IMG/VR virus record: IMGVR_UViG_3300045988_109904
Coordinates: 1-19,859 of that record
Direction: 5' to 3' (one strand)
Source: a virus
Taxonomy: Duplodnaviria; Heunggongvirae; Uroviricota; Caudoviricetes
DNA: 19,859 nt
Position numbers and translations under genes: made by a program. A model generated the notes under the pieces. That model did not search any database and was not told the DNA's origin. It was given only the letters and a program-made list of their open reading frames with translations. Shown piece after piece: positions 8,812 through 18,023 of this stretch. Positions within the stretch are counted from its first letter, which is position 1, and the number at the start of each line of letters is the position of its first letter.

Positions 8812-9309
8812 TTAAGCCGGTACGCCGCCAGCGGTACGCCAGACGGTGACCAGTTTTTCCAGTGAATGCTCACGCTGACCGTAACCGGCTCCCGGCAGGG
8901 ACGCCCAGATATTGCGACAGCGTGAAATAGCGCGCTCAATGCGTCCCGCCCGGATGTCATCCAGTGCACCGCGTTCGCGGATCAACTGAATGGCGAGCCT
9001 GTCCTGTGACAACGGACTGAAATCCGGCAGGGCAAGCTGTTTGCGGTAGTGCGGCCAGAACAGGTAAAGCTGCTGATAGCGACCGGATGCCGTGGACTTT
9101 TCACCGCGACGGTTAAACACCTTCGCCGGTCGGCCATGCGCGAACGGGTGGTCACTGTAGTCGGTGAAAATTTCCGGCTTCCCGTCCAGTCCGGTGACTA
9201 TCACGTCATAGCCCCGGTTTTTCGTCAGCGGATGGTTTGCCGTCCCTTCGGACACGGCCAGCATGTCGAGAAAGGCGGCGATATTCTGATGCGTGTTAAT
9301 AACCGGCAT
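8812..9309 (-). CDS. K: Endolysin (P2 gpK-like)
   Basis: 165-aa ORF with ATG at 9309, immediately downstream of the holin gene. Size and sequence fit P2 gpK. Confidence 0.9.
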   Translation of the reverse strand: MPVINTHQNIAAFLDMLAVSEGTANHPLTKNRGYDVIVTGLDGKPEIFTDYSDHPFAHGRPAKVFNRRGEKSTASGRYQQLYLFWPHYRKQLALPDFSPLSQDRLAIQLIRERGALDDIRAGRIERAISRCRNIWASLPGAGYGQREHSLEKLVTVWRTAGGVPA

Positions 9310-9590
9310 TACGGTTTCCCCCTGCCCTTAAAGCGGCGCTGAATGGCAATCTCAATCACCTGATAACCGGCGATACCCAGCATGGAGCCGATGCCGCACA
9401 CCGCAGGCAGTGACAGGTCAGGAAACTGCACCAGAACAACACCGGCAACCATCGAGACAAAACCACCGAGCAACATGCGCCCGATAAACAGACGCGGGGT
9501 GATGGGTTCACCACCGGCAAGCACCTTGCCGACAACAATCAGCACCCCAATCATGAAAAGCGACAGGACGCTTTTTTCTTCTGCTGTCAT
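9309..9590 (-). CDS. Y: Holin (P2 gpY-like)
   Basis: 93-aa ORF with ATG at 9590. It has hydrophobic transmembrane segments and a charged C-terminus (RRFKGRGKP), and its stop overlaps the K start. Confidence 0.9.
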   Translation of the reverse strand: MTAEEKSVLSLFMIGVLIVVGKVLAGGEPITPRLFIGRMLLGGFVSMVAGVVLVQFPDLSLPAVCGIGSMLGIAGYQVIEIAIQRRFKGRGKP

Positions 9591-9593
9591 GCG

Positions 9594-9797
9594 TTACTCC
9601 CACAGATTGACAGTTTCAGCCACGGGCGCGGTCTGAACGTCGGGCAGTTCGACGGCGGTGCCGTGTGGCAGCACCGCACCCAGTTCAGCCAGTCCCGGAT
9701 TTGCGGCGAGCACGGTCTCAACCACGCCCTCAGTGCGCCCGTAATACCGGACACAAATGGCGTCGAGCGTGTCGCCCTGTAGCGCAAAGGTCTTCAT
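9594..9797 (-). CDS. X: Tail protein X (P2 gpX-like, LysM-like small protein)
   Basis: I trimmed the track ORF (9594..9866) to the internal ATG at 9797-9795, giving 67 aa: MKTFALQGDTLDAICVRYYGRTEGVVETVLAANPGLAELGAVLPHGTAVELPDV... The L stop overlaps this ATG (ATGA), and the size equals P2 gpX. Confidence 0.88.
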   Translation of the reverse strand: MKTFALQGDTLDAICVRYYGRTEGVVETVLAANPGLAELGAVLPHGTAVELPDVQTAPVAETVNLWE

Positions 9798-10306
9798 CAG
9801 ATTTGACTCACGATGCAGCGCGGCTTGCCCTGGATGCGCGCCACTGCCCAGCGCATATCCCGCCACAGCTCATCAATGGTGCTGTCAATGCTGTCGGCCT
9901 TCTTGTCGCCTTTCGCACTGGCATCCACACCGCGATAACGTTCATAAAGCGACGCGGTCGCCATCGCACACACGGCGCGCTCGTAGTAAAAAACTTTGAT
10001 GCTTTCACCGTCGATGTCGTCCGCCGGGACGTCCGCCAGACGCGTAAAACCGGCGGCAATTTTCTGTTCGCGGTACTCGTACAGCTCCGCATTCGTCTCC
10101 GCCATGCCTGACTTGATGGCCTCACGCAGACGGGCGGGGGCGACGGTCTGCTCAAGGCGCATACGTTCCCGGACGCGCTTCGGGTCGATATCGGGAAAAA
10201 AGAACGTGTTTTTAATCACCGGCTCGTCGCCTGCCGGTTGCGGGATGACCACCGTACCCTCACCGGACACGGGAGCCTCCTTTCGCGGAATAATCAGCGT
10301 CATCAT
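9797..10306 (-). CDS. L: Head completion / stabilisation protein L (P2 gpL-like)
   Basis: I trimmed the track ORF to ATG at 10306-10304 (a second ATG follows immediately), preceded by AGAGGT. The product of about 169 aa starts MMTLIIPRKEAPVSGEGTVV..., matching P2 gpL as recalled. Confidence 0.88.
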   Translation of the reverse strand: MMTLIIPRKEAPVSGEGTVVIPQPAGDEPVIKNTFFFPDIDPKRVRERMRLEQTVAPARLREAIKSGMAETNAELYEYREQKIAAGFTRLADVPADDIDGESIKVFYYERAVCAMATASLYERYRGVDASAKGDKKADSIDSTIDELWRDMRWAVARIQGKPRCIVSQI

Positions 10307-10405
10307 GACTACCTCTGAAAAGTCGGGCGGTGGACGCCGGTGCAGTGTCAGGTGATTCACCCTCACTGACCGGCGTGCCGCCCTGGCGCGGGGCGCATTC
10401 GGTTG

Positions 10406-11149
10406 TTAACTGGCTTTCTTTTTCGGGCGTCCACGTTTTGCCGGTGTCACGCTCCGGATCTTACGCGGGGCGCGGGTGGCCGCTTTGGGCTGCGGCTCCG
10501 GCTTCGGTTTCAGCTCCCGCTCCAGTCGTTCAATCTCTTTTTTGACGCCTGCCTGACAGTCGAGCTGTGTCGCACGTTGCAGGTGAGCCAGCGCACCGGC
10601 GGCATCACCACCGTCACGCAGAAACAGACCGGTGATTTTGTGCAGCTTTGCGCGCACTTCATCAGGCATGTCAGCCGTGGCGGTCAGTTCAAGGGTCTCC
10701 GTCAGCAGGCGGGTATCCACAGACTCACCGGCAGCGTGAGCGCGCATGGCCGCAAGCGCTACCTCCTCGGTGAACATGTACGGCGGGGTACGGCGGTGTT
10801 TACCCGGCATGGTCAGACCGTACTTCAGGGCATAACGGGCAATCTCCAGCGCACCGGCAATATCGCCGGTATCCAGACGCCACAGCATGACCGTCATCAG
10901 AATGTCATCCTGTGCACCTTTGCCCTGCTCCAGCACGCCGTTCACCCACGGCAACCAGAACGGCAGCAGTTCGCGTTTTTTCGCGGCCTTCAGCTCTTTT
11001 GAATAAATCGCTTTCAGTGTGCGCTGGTCTGCGGCGAGCTTAACCAGCATCTGCTCATAGACAGTTGCATGTCGCAGCGGGGCGGCTTCCCGCTGCGCGG
11101 TCATCGCTGCCGAGACCCGCATCATGTGGCGCTGTGCGGGACTCGTCAT
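10406..11149 (-). CDS. M: Terminase small (endonuclease) subunit M (P2 gpM-like)
   Basis: 247-aa ORF with ATG at 11149 and TAA at 10406-10408. It has a basic C-terminal tail (PKAATRAPRKIRSVTPAKRGRPKKKAS). Size and position (between N and L) match P2 gpM. Confidence 0.9.
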   Translation of the reverse strand: MTSPAQRHMMRVSAAMTAQREAAPLRHATVYEQMLVKLAADQRTLKAIYSKELKAAKKRELLPFWLPWVNGVLEQGKGAQDDILMTVMLWRLDTGDIAGALEIARYALKYGLTMPGKHRRTPPYMFTEEVALAAMRAHAAGESVDTRLLTETLELTATADMPDEVRAKLHKITGLFLRDGGDAAGALAHLQRATQLDCQAGVKKEIERLERELKPKPEPQPKAATRAPRKIRSVTPAKRGRPKKKAS

Positions 11150-11152
11150 CGG

Positions 11153-12226
11153 TTACGCTCCCGGCTCTGCGGTCGCTTTAGCCAGTGTGGAGAAATCACC
11201 GACCTTAATTTTTTCCACCAGACAACCGGCGGCGTAGTCTTCCACCACGTAATCAATGTTCATTGACTCGTAGTTCTCCACGCGGTCGAGTTTCGGGTTT
11301 TCCTCAATCACGCGGCGATGGCTGTCATCCATGTAGTAGATGGACAGGTTTTCCAGCTTTGTGATGAGCATCGCATCCGCCGGGAAGTACGGGACGCGTA
11401 CCGCCGGCAGGTTACCGATGCGTTTCTGGCTGATGATGACGTCAGCGGCCAGCATTTCGCTGTTGTCCTGCTCCTTGTTGACGATGGGAAAATACTTGTC
11501 CGCCAGTAGCTGACGTCCCACAATCACCACAAGGTCAGGGTCTTCCTGATACCACGGCTCAATCAGGTTGTTGGTCGCATCCATCACCAGTGCGTCAAGG
11601 CTGGCATAATCACCGCCCTTACCCACGCGGATGACCTCAGAGGTGGTGCGACCTTCCTCGTCAGCGACCTTGCTCATCACGCGCGCCGGGGCTTCATTGC
11701 GGTATTTCTGCAGCCAGCCGACCGCCACATCCTGCAGCATCGGATTGCTGCTGCGGTCAGAGGTTCCGGCACGCCTCACGCCGTTAAAACCGGCCATGAT
11801 TAAATCAAGGGACTGGCGTTTGATAATGGCGTTACGGACACGGAGCTGGAAATCCTGATAACGCGCCCACAGGTCCAGCGTTTTGTAGCGGATATAAAAA
11901 TCGAAGTTAATCTGGTCGCATTCGTACTTGTTTGACGCCAGCTTCGAGAAGTCCTTCGGCTGACGCTCGGTGCCACCGGCGGTGTCGGTGGTGCTGGCGA
12001 TGGAGCCGGTGACACCGATGCCAATTTTTTCCCCTTTCATTTCGCTGACCGGCACAATGTTGATGCGGGTCAGAAAGTCAGAGGACTCCTGCATGGTGTT
12101 CATCAGGGTCTGGGTGACCGACGGTTCAACGGTGAATTTTTTCGACACATCACCGGCGTCGATGCCGTTCAGTTCGGCAACACGGGACAGGTAGGCATTA
12201 AATTTAAAGCGGGTTTCCTGGCGCAT
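11153..12226 (-). CDS. N: Major capsid protein N (P2 gpN-like)
   Basis: 357-aa ORF with ATG at 12226 preceded by AGGAA. Size and position between scaffold O and terminase M are as in P2. Confidence 0.92.
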   Translation of the reverse strand: MRQETRFKFNAYLSRVAELNGIDAGDVSKKFTVEPSVTQTLMNTMQESSDFLTRINIVPVSEMKGEKIGIGVTGSIASTTDTAGGTERQPKDFSKLASNKYECDQINFDFYIRYKTLDLWARYQDFQLRVRNAIIKRQSLDLIMAGFNGVRRAGTSDRSSNPMLQDVAVGWLQKYRNEAPARVMSKVADEEGRTTSEVIRVGKGGDYASLDALVMDATNNLIEPWYQEDPDLVVIVGRQLLADKYFPIVNKEQDNSEMLAADVIISQKRIGNLPAVRVPYFPADAMLITKLENLSIYYMDDSHRRVIEENPKLDRVENYESMNIDYVVEDYAAGCLVEKIKVGDFSTLAKATAEPGA

Positions 12227-12284
12227 AGTTTTTCCTGAAATTAAGGGTTAATCGTGAAGGTTTTCCCGGACTGACTGACGCCGG

Positions 12285-13139
12285 TCAGCAGTTCGTCATC
12301 AGGGCGTCACCGCCACCACCGGTGGCCTTGCTGCGGCGCTGCTGGGTCAGACTTTCGGTGTGGTCGAGACTGTTTTTCAGGCGGGTGAATGCCTGGCTGG
12401 TTTCATCCGCCCTGTCAGTCACATCCTGCTTAAGTGCGGAAAAAGCGGTTTCCATCTCAGCGAGGCGCTGCTCAGTGGCGCTCAGTTTTTCCTGCACATG
12501 TTCAGCAACAGCGGTCACCGCTTCATGCACGTCATTCAGACGGGCGTCATCGCTGGCCTGTTTGCGGCCAAAAATGGACTTCACCTTTTCGGTCAGGGCG
12601 GTGAACACGGTTTCAGGCAGGTCTTCAAATTCCAGCTCAACGGGCGTTGCCACTGAAATCAGGTTTTCAGGGCTTAATTTGAAGCGGTTCAGGGGGTTGT
12701 GTTTTGCCGTGCGGCAGAATTCCAGGTATTCCGTGCCGAGGCTTGCCGGGTCATCGGTGACGGCCAGACCCACCAGATAACATTTGCCGGTATTGGCAAA
12801 GTTCGGCTGAATTTCCATTGAGGTATAGACCTTCTGCGCGGCCTTGTTCATCGCGATAAGGTCATCGGTCGGGGTGATTTTCGCAAACAGCGCCCATTTG
12901 CCTTTCAGCGCCGAATCATCGTCAATCTTTTCGGCCTTCAGTTCGACCACATCGCCATAACGCTTAAAAATACCGTCAGGCAGGACGCCGCGCAGATGTT
13001 CCAGGTTAATGCGGCAACCATAGACTCGCGGGTCAAAGGTTTCGGCCATTTCCTGAATATCCTGCGCACTGATGACACGCCCGTCACAGGTGTCACCCTC
13101 AACGCCGATACGAAAGAATTTTGAGACTTTTTTTGCCAT
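12285..13139 (-). CDS. O: Capsid scaffolding protein O (P2 gpO-like)
   Basis: I trimmed the track ORF (12285..13205) to the internal ATG at 13139-13137, giving 284 aa starting MAKKVSKFFRIGVEGDTCDGR, which is the P2 gpO length. The C-terminal region is helical and charged, as expected for a scaffold. Confidence 0.9.
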   Translation of the reverse strand: MAKKVSKFFRIGVEGDTCDGRVISAQDIQEMAETFDPRVYGCRINLEHLRGVLPDGIFKRYGDVVELKAEKIDDDSALKGKWALFAKITPTDDLIAMNKAAQKVYTSMEIQPNFANTGKCYLVGLAVTDDPASLGTEYLEFCRTAKHNPLNRFKLSPENLISVATPVELEFEDLPETVFTALTEKVKSIFGRKQASDDARLNDVHEAVTAVAEHVQEKLSATEQRLAEMETAFSALKQDVTDRADETSQAFTRLKNSLDHTESLTQQRRSKATGGGGDALMTNC

Positions 13140-13312
13140 TGTCAGGAGTCCTGAATAGTGATTAGAGGAGTCACATGTCGGCATCAGTTTCCCGACGATA
13201 CGCATCCTCCGCCATCAGTCCCGGATGGCTTATCACTGACACAACAGCACCTTAGCGAATCGCGGGGCGCGACTCAGTAGCCTTGCCGTGTATTCATCAC
13301 GGCGAGGTATTC
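13140..13312. promoter_or_regulatory. Divergent O/P intergenic region: expected site of the divergent late promoters (P_O and P_P)
   Basis: 173-bp gap between divergently transcribed O (minus) and P (plus). The call is positional, from P2 organisation. I found no perfect TGT-N12-ACA late-promoter dyad by eye. Confidence 0.4.
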
Positions 13313-15085
13313 ATGACCATCACCACAGACACCACTCTTTTACACGACCCGCGTCGTCAGGCGGCGCTGCTGTACTGGCAGGGGTTTTCCGTGCCGCAGA
13401 TTGCCGCCATGTTGCAGATGAAACGCCCGACGGTGCAGAGCTGGAAACAGCGCGACGGCTGGGACAGCGTTGCCCCCATCAGCCGTGTCGAAATGAGCCT
13501 GGAAGCGCGGCTGACCCAGCTCATCATCAAACCGCAGAAAACCGGCGGTGACTTCAAGGAAATTGACCTGCTGGGACGCCAGATTGAACGACTGGCACGG
13601 GTAAACCGCTACAGCCAGACCGGCAACGAGGCAGACCTTAATCCGAACGTCGCTAACCGCAACAAAGGCGGGCGTCGCAAACCGAAAAAGAATTTTTTCA
13701 GTGACGAAGCCATCGAAAAGCTGGAGCAGATTTTCTTTGAGCAGTCTTTCGACTATCAGTTGCACTGGTATCGCGCCGGGCTTGAGCACCGCATCCGCGA
13801 TATCCTGAAATCCCGCCAGATTGGCGCGACGTTTTATTTTTCCCGCGAGGCACTGCTGCGCGCCCTGAAAACCGGTCATAACCAGATTTTTCTGTCGGCC
13901 AGTAAAACGCAGGCGTATGTGTTCCGCGAATACATCATCGCCTTTGCCCGTCTGGTGGACGTTGACCTTACCGGTGACCCGATTGTCCTGGGCAATAACG
14001 GCGCAAAACTGATTTTTCTCGGCACCAACTCCAACACCGCGCAGAGCCATAACGGCGACCTGTACGTCGATGAGATTTTCTGGATCCCGAATTTTCAGGT
14101 ACTGCGTAAGGTGGCATCAGGTATGGCCTCACAGAGTCACCTGCGCTCGACCTATTTCTCCACCCCGTCCACGCTGGCGCACGACGCCTACCCGTTCTGG
14201 TCAGGTGAACTGTTCAACCGGGGACGTGCCAGCGCCGCCGAACGTGTGGAAATCGACGTCAGTCATAACGCCCTTGCCAGCGGGCTTCTCTGTGCGGACG
14301 GCCAGTGGCGGCAGATTGTCACCATTGAGGACGCCCTGAAAGGCGGCTGCACACTGTTCGACATTGAGCAGCTCAAACGTGAAAACAGCGCCGACGATTT
14401 TAAAAACCTGTTCATGTGTGAATTTGTTGACGACAAGGCGTCGGTGTTCCCGTTCGAGGAGCTGCAACGCTGCATGGTCGACACGCTGGAAGAATGGGAA
14501 GACTATGCACCCTTTGCCGCCAATCCGTTCGGCTCCCGCCCGGTATGGATTGGTTACGACCCGTCACACCGTGGCGACAGTGCCGGATGCGTGGTGCTGG
14601 CACCGCCGGTGGTGGCCGGTGGCAAATTCAGAATACTTGAGCGTCACCAGTGGAAAGGCATGGACTTTGCCACTCAGGCTGAATCCATCCGCAAACTCAC
14701 CGAAAAATACAACGTCGAATACATCGGTATTGATGCCACCGGCCTCGGTGTCGGCGTGTTCCAGCTCGTGCGCTCGTTCTATCCCGCCGCGCGCGATATC
14801 CGCTACACACCGGAAATGAAAACCGCAATGGTGCTCAAGGCAAAAGACGTTATCCGCCGTGGCTGTCTGGAATATGACGTCAGCGCCACCGACATCACCA
14901 GCTCGTTTATGGCTATCCGCAAGACCATGACCAGCAGCGGACGCAGCGCCACTTATGAGGCCAGCCGCAGCGAGGAAGCCAGCCACGCCGACCTCGCCTG
15001 GGCGACCATGCACGCCCTGTTAAATGAGCCACTCACCGCCGGTATCAGCACCCCGCTGACATCCACCATTCTGGAGTTTTACTGA
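13313..15085 (+). CDS. P: Terminase large (ATPase) subunit P (P2 gpP-like)
   Basis: I trimmed the track ORF to ATG at 13313 (GAGGT 4 nt upstream; the track start at 13283 is TTG). The 590-aa product starts MTITTDTTLLHDPRRQAALLYWQGFSVPQIAAM; this length equals P2 gpP. Its TGA overlaps the Q ATG. Confidence 0.93.
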   Translation: MTITTDTTLLHDPRRQAALLYWQGFSVPQIAAMLQMKRPTVQSWKQRDGWDSVAPISRVEMSLEARLTQLIIKPQKTGGDFKEIDLLGRQIERLARVNRYSQTGNEADLNPNVANRNKGGRRKPKKNFFSDEAIEKLEQIFFEQSFDYQLHWYRAGLEHRIRDILKSRQIGATFYFSREALLRALKTGHNQIFLSASKTQAYVFREYIIAFARLVDVDLTGDPIVLGNNGAKLIFLGTNSNTAQSHNGDLYVDEIFWIPNFQVLRKVASGMASQSHLRSTYFSTPSTLAHDAYPFWSGELFNRGRASAAERVEIDVSHNALASGLLCADGQWRQIVTIEDALKGGCTLFDIEQLKRENSADDFKNLFMCEFVDDKASVFPFEELQRCMVDTLEEWEDYAPFAANPFGSRPVWIGYDPSHRGDSAGCVVLAPPVVAGGKFRILERHQWKGMDFATQAESIRKLTEKYNVEYIGIDATGLGVGVFQLVRSFYPAARDIRYTPEMKTAMVLKAKDVIRRGCLEYDVSATDITSSFMAIRKTMTSSGRSATYEASRSEEASHADLAWATMHALLNEPLTAGISTPLTSTILEFY

Positions 15086-16119
15086 TGAGCAAGAAAAAAG
15101 GGAAAACACCGCAACCTGCGGCAAAAAAAATGACCGCCAGCGCCCCGAAAATGGAGGCATTCACCTTTGGTGAGCCGGTGCCGGTGCTCGACCGCCGTGA
15201 CATTCTGGATTACGTCGAATGTATCAGTAACGGCAGATGGTATGAGCCGCCGGTCAGCTTTACCGGTCTGGCAAAAAGCCTGCGTGCTGCCGTGCATCAC
15301 AGCTCACCGATTTACGTCAAACGTAATATTCTGGCTTCAACGTTTATCCCGCACCCGTGGCTTTCCCAGCAGGATTTCAGCCGCTTTGTGCTGGATTTTC
15401 TGGTGTTCGGTAATGCGTTTCTGGAAAAGCGTTACAGCACCACCGGTAAGGTCATCAGACTGGAAACCTCACCGGCAAAATATACCCGCCGTGGCGTGGA
15501 GGAGGATGTTTACTGGTGGGTGCCGTCCTTCAACGAGCCGACAGCCTTCGCGCCCGGCTCCGTGTTTCACCTGCTGGAGCCGGATATTAATCAGGAGCTG
15601 TACGGCCTGCCGGAATATCTCAGCGCCCTTAACTCTGCCTGGCTGAATGAGTCGGCCACGCTGTTCCGCCGCAAGTATTACGAAAATGGCGCACATGCCG
15701 GATACATCATGTACGTCACCGATGCCGTGCAGGATCGCAACGATATCGAAATGCTTCGCGAAAACATGGTGAAGTCGAAAGGCCGCAACAACTTTAAAAA
15801 CCTGTTTCTCTATGCCCCGCAGGGGAAAGCCGACGGCATTAAAATTATCCCGCTCAGTGAAGTGGCGACGAAGGACGATTTTTTTAATATCAAAAAAGCC
15901 AGCGCCGCTGACCTGCTGGACGCACACCGCATCCCCTTTCAGTTGATGGGTGGCAAGCCGGAGAACGTCGGGTCACTGGGTGATATTGAGAAAGTGGCAA
16001 AGGTCTTTGTCCGCAATGAGCTAATCCCGTTACAGGACAGGATTCGGGAAATAAACGGCTGGCTCGGCCAGGAGGTCATCCGCTTTAAAAACTACTCACT
16101 GGACACTGACAACGGCTGA
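15085..16119 (+). CDS. Q: Portal protein Q (P2 gpQ-like)
   Basis: 344-aa ORF with ATG at 15085 overlapping the P stop (ATGA). It is followed by a strong terminator and the cos match, as in P2. Confidence 0.93.
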   Translation: MSKKKGKTPQPAAKKMTASAPKMEAFTFGEPVPVLDRRDILDYVECISNGRWYEPPVSFTGLAKSLRAAVHHSSPIYVKRNILASTFIPHPWLSQQDFSRFVLDFLVFGNAFLEKRYSTTGKVIRLETSPAKYTRRGVEEDVYWWVPSFNEPTAFAPGSVFHLLEPDINQELYGLPEYLSALNSAWLNESATLFRRKYYENGAHAGYIMYVTDAVQDRNDIEMLRENMVKSKGRNNFKNLFLYAPQGKADGIKIIPLSEVATKDDFFNIKKASAADLLDAHRIPFQLMGGKPENVGSLGDIEKVAKVFVRNELIPLQDRIREINGWLGQEVIRFKNYSLDTDNG

Positions 16120-16124
16120 ACATC

Positions 16125-16146
16125 GCCGCCTGCGGGCGGCTTTTTT
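16125..16146 (+). terminator. Rho-independent terminator after Q
   Basis: Stem gccgcc (16125-16130) / ggcggc (16135-16140) with loop tgcg, followed by TTTTTT (16141-16146), 5 nt after the Q stop codon. Confidence 0.75.
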
Positions 16147-16288
16147 ACACCCCGTCATCACGCCCTCACACGCTCACCACCGCACAAAACACCCCGCAGA
16201 CACACCAACGCCCTAGCAGGCCAAGTAAACGCCTTCACGACGCGCTCAGACGCTGAAAAAATAAAATCCGCACCACCGCCAGCGCGCA

Positions 16289-16307
16289 GTGCTTTCCCCG
16301 CCTCGCC
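16289..16307. other. cos site (19-nt cohesive-end sequence of P2/P4 type)
   Basis: The minus strand of 16289..16307 reads GGCGAGGCGGGGAAAGCAC, which matches the P2 cohesive-end sequence as I recall it. It lies in a C-rich region about 170 bp past Q, where cos sits in P2. Confidence 0.65.
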
Positions 16308-16325
16308 CGCCCGCTTCATAGGGCG

Positions 16326-16347
16326 CTTTTAATGCAATTGCATTAAA
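16326..16347. repeat. Perfect 22-bp palindrome ttttaatgcaa|ttgcattaaaa
   Basis: The two halves are exact reverse complements with no spacer. It lies 19 bp from the cos match, at the GC-rich to AT-rich transition. Function is unknown (candidate protein-binding site). Confidence 0.85.
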
Positions 16348-16631
16348 ACACAGTAACCGCATCAACACTGGTAACAAACATGGAAAAGCATGGCAACTAA
16401 CACACGCAAAAAAATGCACTTAATGAATGCAGTAATAAAAATCTCAGGAAATTGACAATTCATTTATTTTTTCAAAATCCCAGTTAGTTAAAGGCTCGCT
16501 ATCATTACAAGCAATCAAAAAATGTCTTAGCTCTAACAGCAAGTAGTAATAGTAGTTGCCACCAACAAGCGTTAACATTACCATAACAAACAACAAGCAT
16601 TCCTACACCTACATCAGATGAACAGGTAATT

Positions 16632-17996
16632 ATGATTAATTTAATTATGGGTGGTTTTCCCGACCACTACGACCACTGGAAACCATTCAGCCAAAATAAT
16701 GGAGAATTCTCATTTCTTTTATCACGAATGTTTGAAAACACCTCCGATGGTATTCGCAAAAAACTATCCCCATTAAGCAGCAATGTACTATCTTATCTTG
16801 AAAAACTCCCAACAATATTCATGAGTGAAGCTTATCAAATAGAGGGAGCAAAACCTTATTATGTCGACATACGAATTGGAAGAATTTCAAATATTCACAT
16901 TAAGGGAAAAGAAATCAACTTCCAATTTGCAATCACCCATACACACAATGAAATCAAAATATCAGACGCCAAAAGTGTTGAAAGCAGTTTAGAACTCGGA
17001 ACTTATGGCCTTAAAAGAACACACTGGGCCATAAAAGACAAAAATATAGATGATATCCTTAAGACATTTGGTATTAACCAAAATGCACAAGTGGATAGCA
17101 GTCCAGCGCCTCTCCCAGACGAAGATAGCACATTATTAACCGTAAATAGTTTACAAGAATTTATTGAAAAAGTTCTCCATATAACAGCAGATATGGATGA
17201 GGAGATTTTTTACAGGGGTCATTCAGATTCATCTTATGAACTTGCACCATCTCTTTTCAGAAAATATGAAAATGGGAACTATAAATTTCTACATAATGAA
17301 ATCAACCTTGTTAAAGAAGCATTGAGCGCAAGACCCTCAGAATTCATTGATGATACATCAATGCTTGATAAACTTGTAAGAATGCAACATTATGGCATAC
17401 CTACTCGCTTACTTGACATCACATCAAATCCATTAATTGCACTTTATTTTGCATGCAGTAGTATAAATTCCGACAAAAACGATATCGATGGTCAAGTAAT
17501 AATATTTAAAACACACAGAGAGAACATTAAATTTTTCGATTCCGACACTGTCAGTTGCATATCTAATTTATGCATGCTATCAAAAGACATGAAAGACAAG
17601 CTTTCTTTCGAAGAAAGAAATAATGATTTTAACAACTCTCATGCTTGCCTTAAACTCTTAGAATCCATAAAGCATGAAAAACCATATTTTCAAAGCATAA
17701 TAAATCCAGATGATTTGGAAAAGATAATTTTTGTAAAAAGCAGGATAAATAATGAAAGAATATCATCTCAATCCGGTGCCTTTTTATTATTCGGTAATAA
17801 CGCCGTTTTTCCTGAGATATCCAACGATCAGGCAGATAATTCACCATACAACTTTAAGACAGAAAAAATAAACATCAGAGACAAAAAGAAAATTTTAAAA
17901 GAACTTGCCGTGCTCAATATTACTGATGCCACTGTATATTTAGGATTGGAAAGAACAATGAAACTAATCACAGAAAAATACACATTAAAAAATTAG
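16632..17996 (+). CDS. FRG-domain protein (454 aa) with an unassigned ~190-aa N-terminal domain; candidate anti-phage cargo
   Basis: ATG at 16632 (AGGT 4 nt upstream), TAG at 17994-17996. The central region carries FRG-family signature strings: FYRGHSDSSYELAPSLFRK (from aa 193) and QHYGIPTRLLDITSNPLIALYFAC (from aa 252). The gene is AT-rich, unlike the phage core. Confidence 0.85.
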   Translation: MINLIMGGFPDHYDHWKPFSQNNGEFSFLLSRMFENTSDGIRKKLSPLSSNVLSYLEKLPTIFMSEAYQIEGAKPYYVDIRIGRISNIHIKGKEINFQFAITHTHNEIKISDAKSVESSLELGTYGLKRTHWAIKDKNIDDILKTFGINQNAQVDSSPAPLPDEDSTLLTVNSLQEFIEKVLHITADMDEEIFYRGHSDSSYELAPSLFRKYENGNYKFLHNEINLVKEALSARPSEFIDDTSMLDKLVRMQHYGIPTRLLDITSNPLIALYFACSSINSDKNDIDGQVIIFKTHRENIKFFDSDTVSCISNLCMLSKDMKDKLSFEERNNDFNNSHACLKLLESIKHEKPYFQSIINPDDLEKIIFVKSRINNERISSQSGAFLLFGNNAVFPEISNDQADNSPYNFKTEKINIRDKKKILKELAVLNITDATVYLGLERTMKLITEKYTLKN

Positions 17997-18023
17997 CATT
18001 CCATAACCAAAATATCTCCATAC

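Noticed and set aside
8418-8969. 183-aa minus-strand ORF overlapping lysA and K in another frame
   Set aside because: The gene order endolysin, then lysA, then lysB/lysC fully accounts for this region, and the alternative-frame product is Arg/Gly/Cys-rich with no credible start.
9594-9866. Longer N-terminal extensions offered by the ORF track for X (90 aa), L (189 aa), O (306 aa) and P (600 aa)
   Set aside because: The extended forms begin at non-ATG or poorly placed codons and overlap upstream genes. The internal ATGs give the lengths I recall for the P2 proteins and show stop/start overlaps or RBSs.
13140-13312. Perfect TGT-N12-ACA late-promoter activator dyad
   Set aside because: I searched both late intergenic regions by eye and found only an imperfect TGT-N10-ACA near 6922-6937. 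Late promoters are therefore annotated by position only, at low confidence.
13340-14050. 236-aa minus-strand ORF inside the terminase large-subunit gene
   Set aside because: It is antisense to a strongly supported P2 gpP homologue in GC-rich DNA, where long spurious open frames are common. It has no RBS and no recognisable protein features.
16150-16630. Possible tRNA, attachment site or CRISPR-like repeats in the cos-to-cargo non-coding region
   Set aside because: I could see no cloverleaf-compatible sequence and no regularly spaced direct repeats. The only notable repeat is the single 22-bp palindrome; prophage att sites are expected near int, outside this window.
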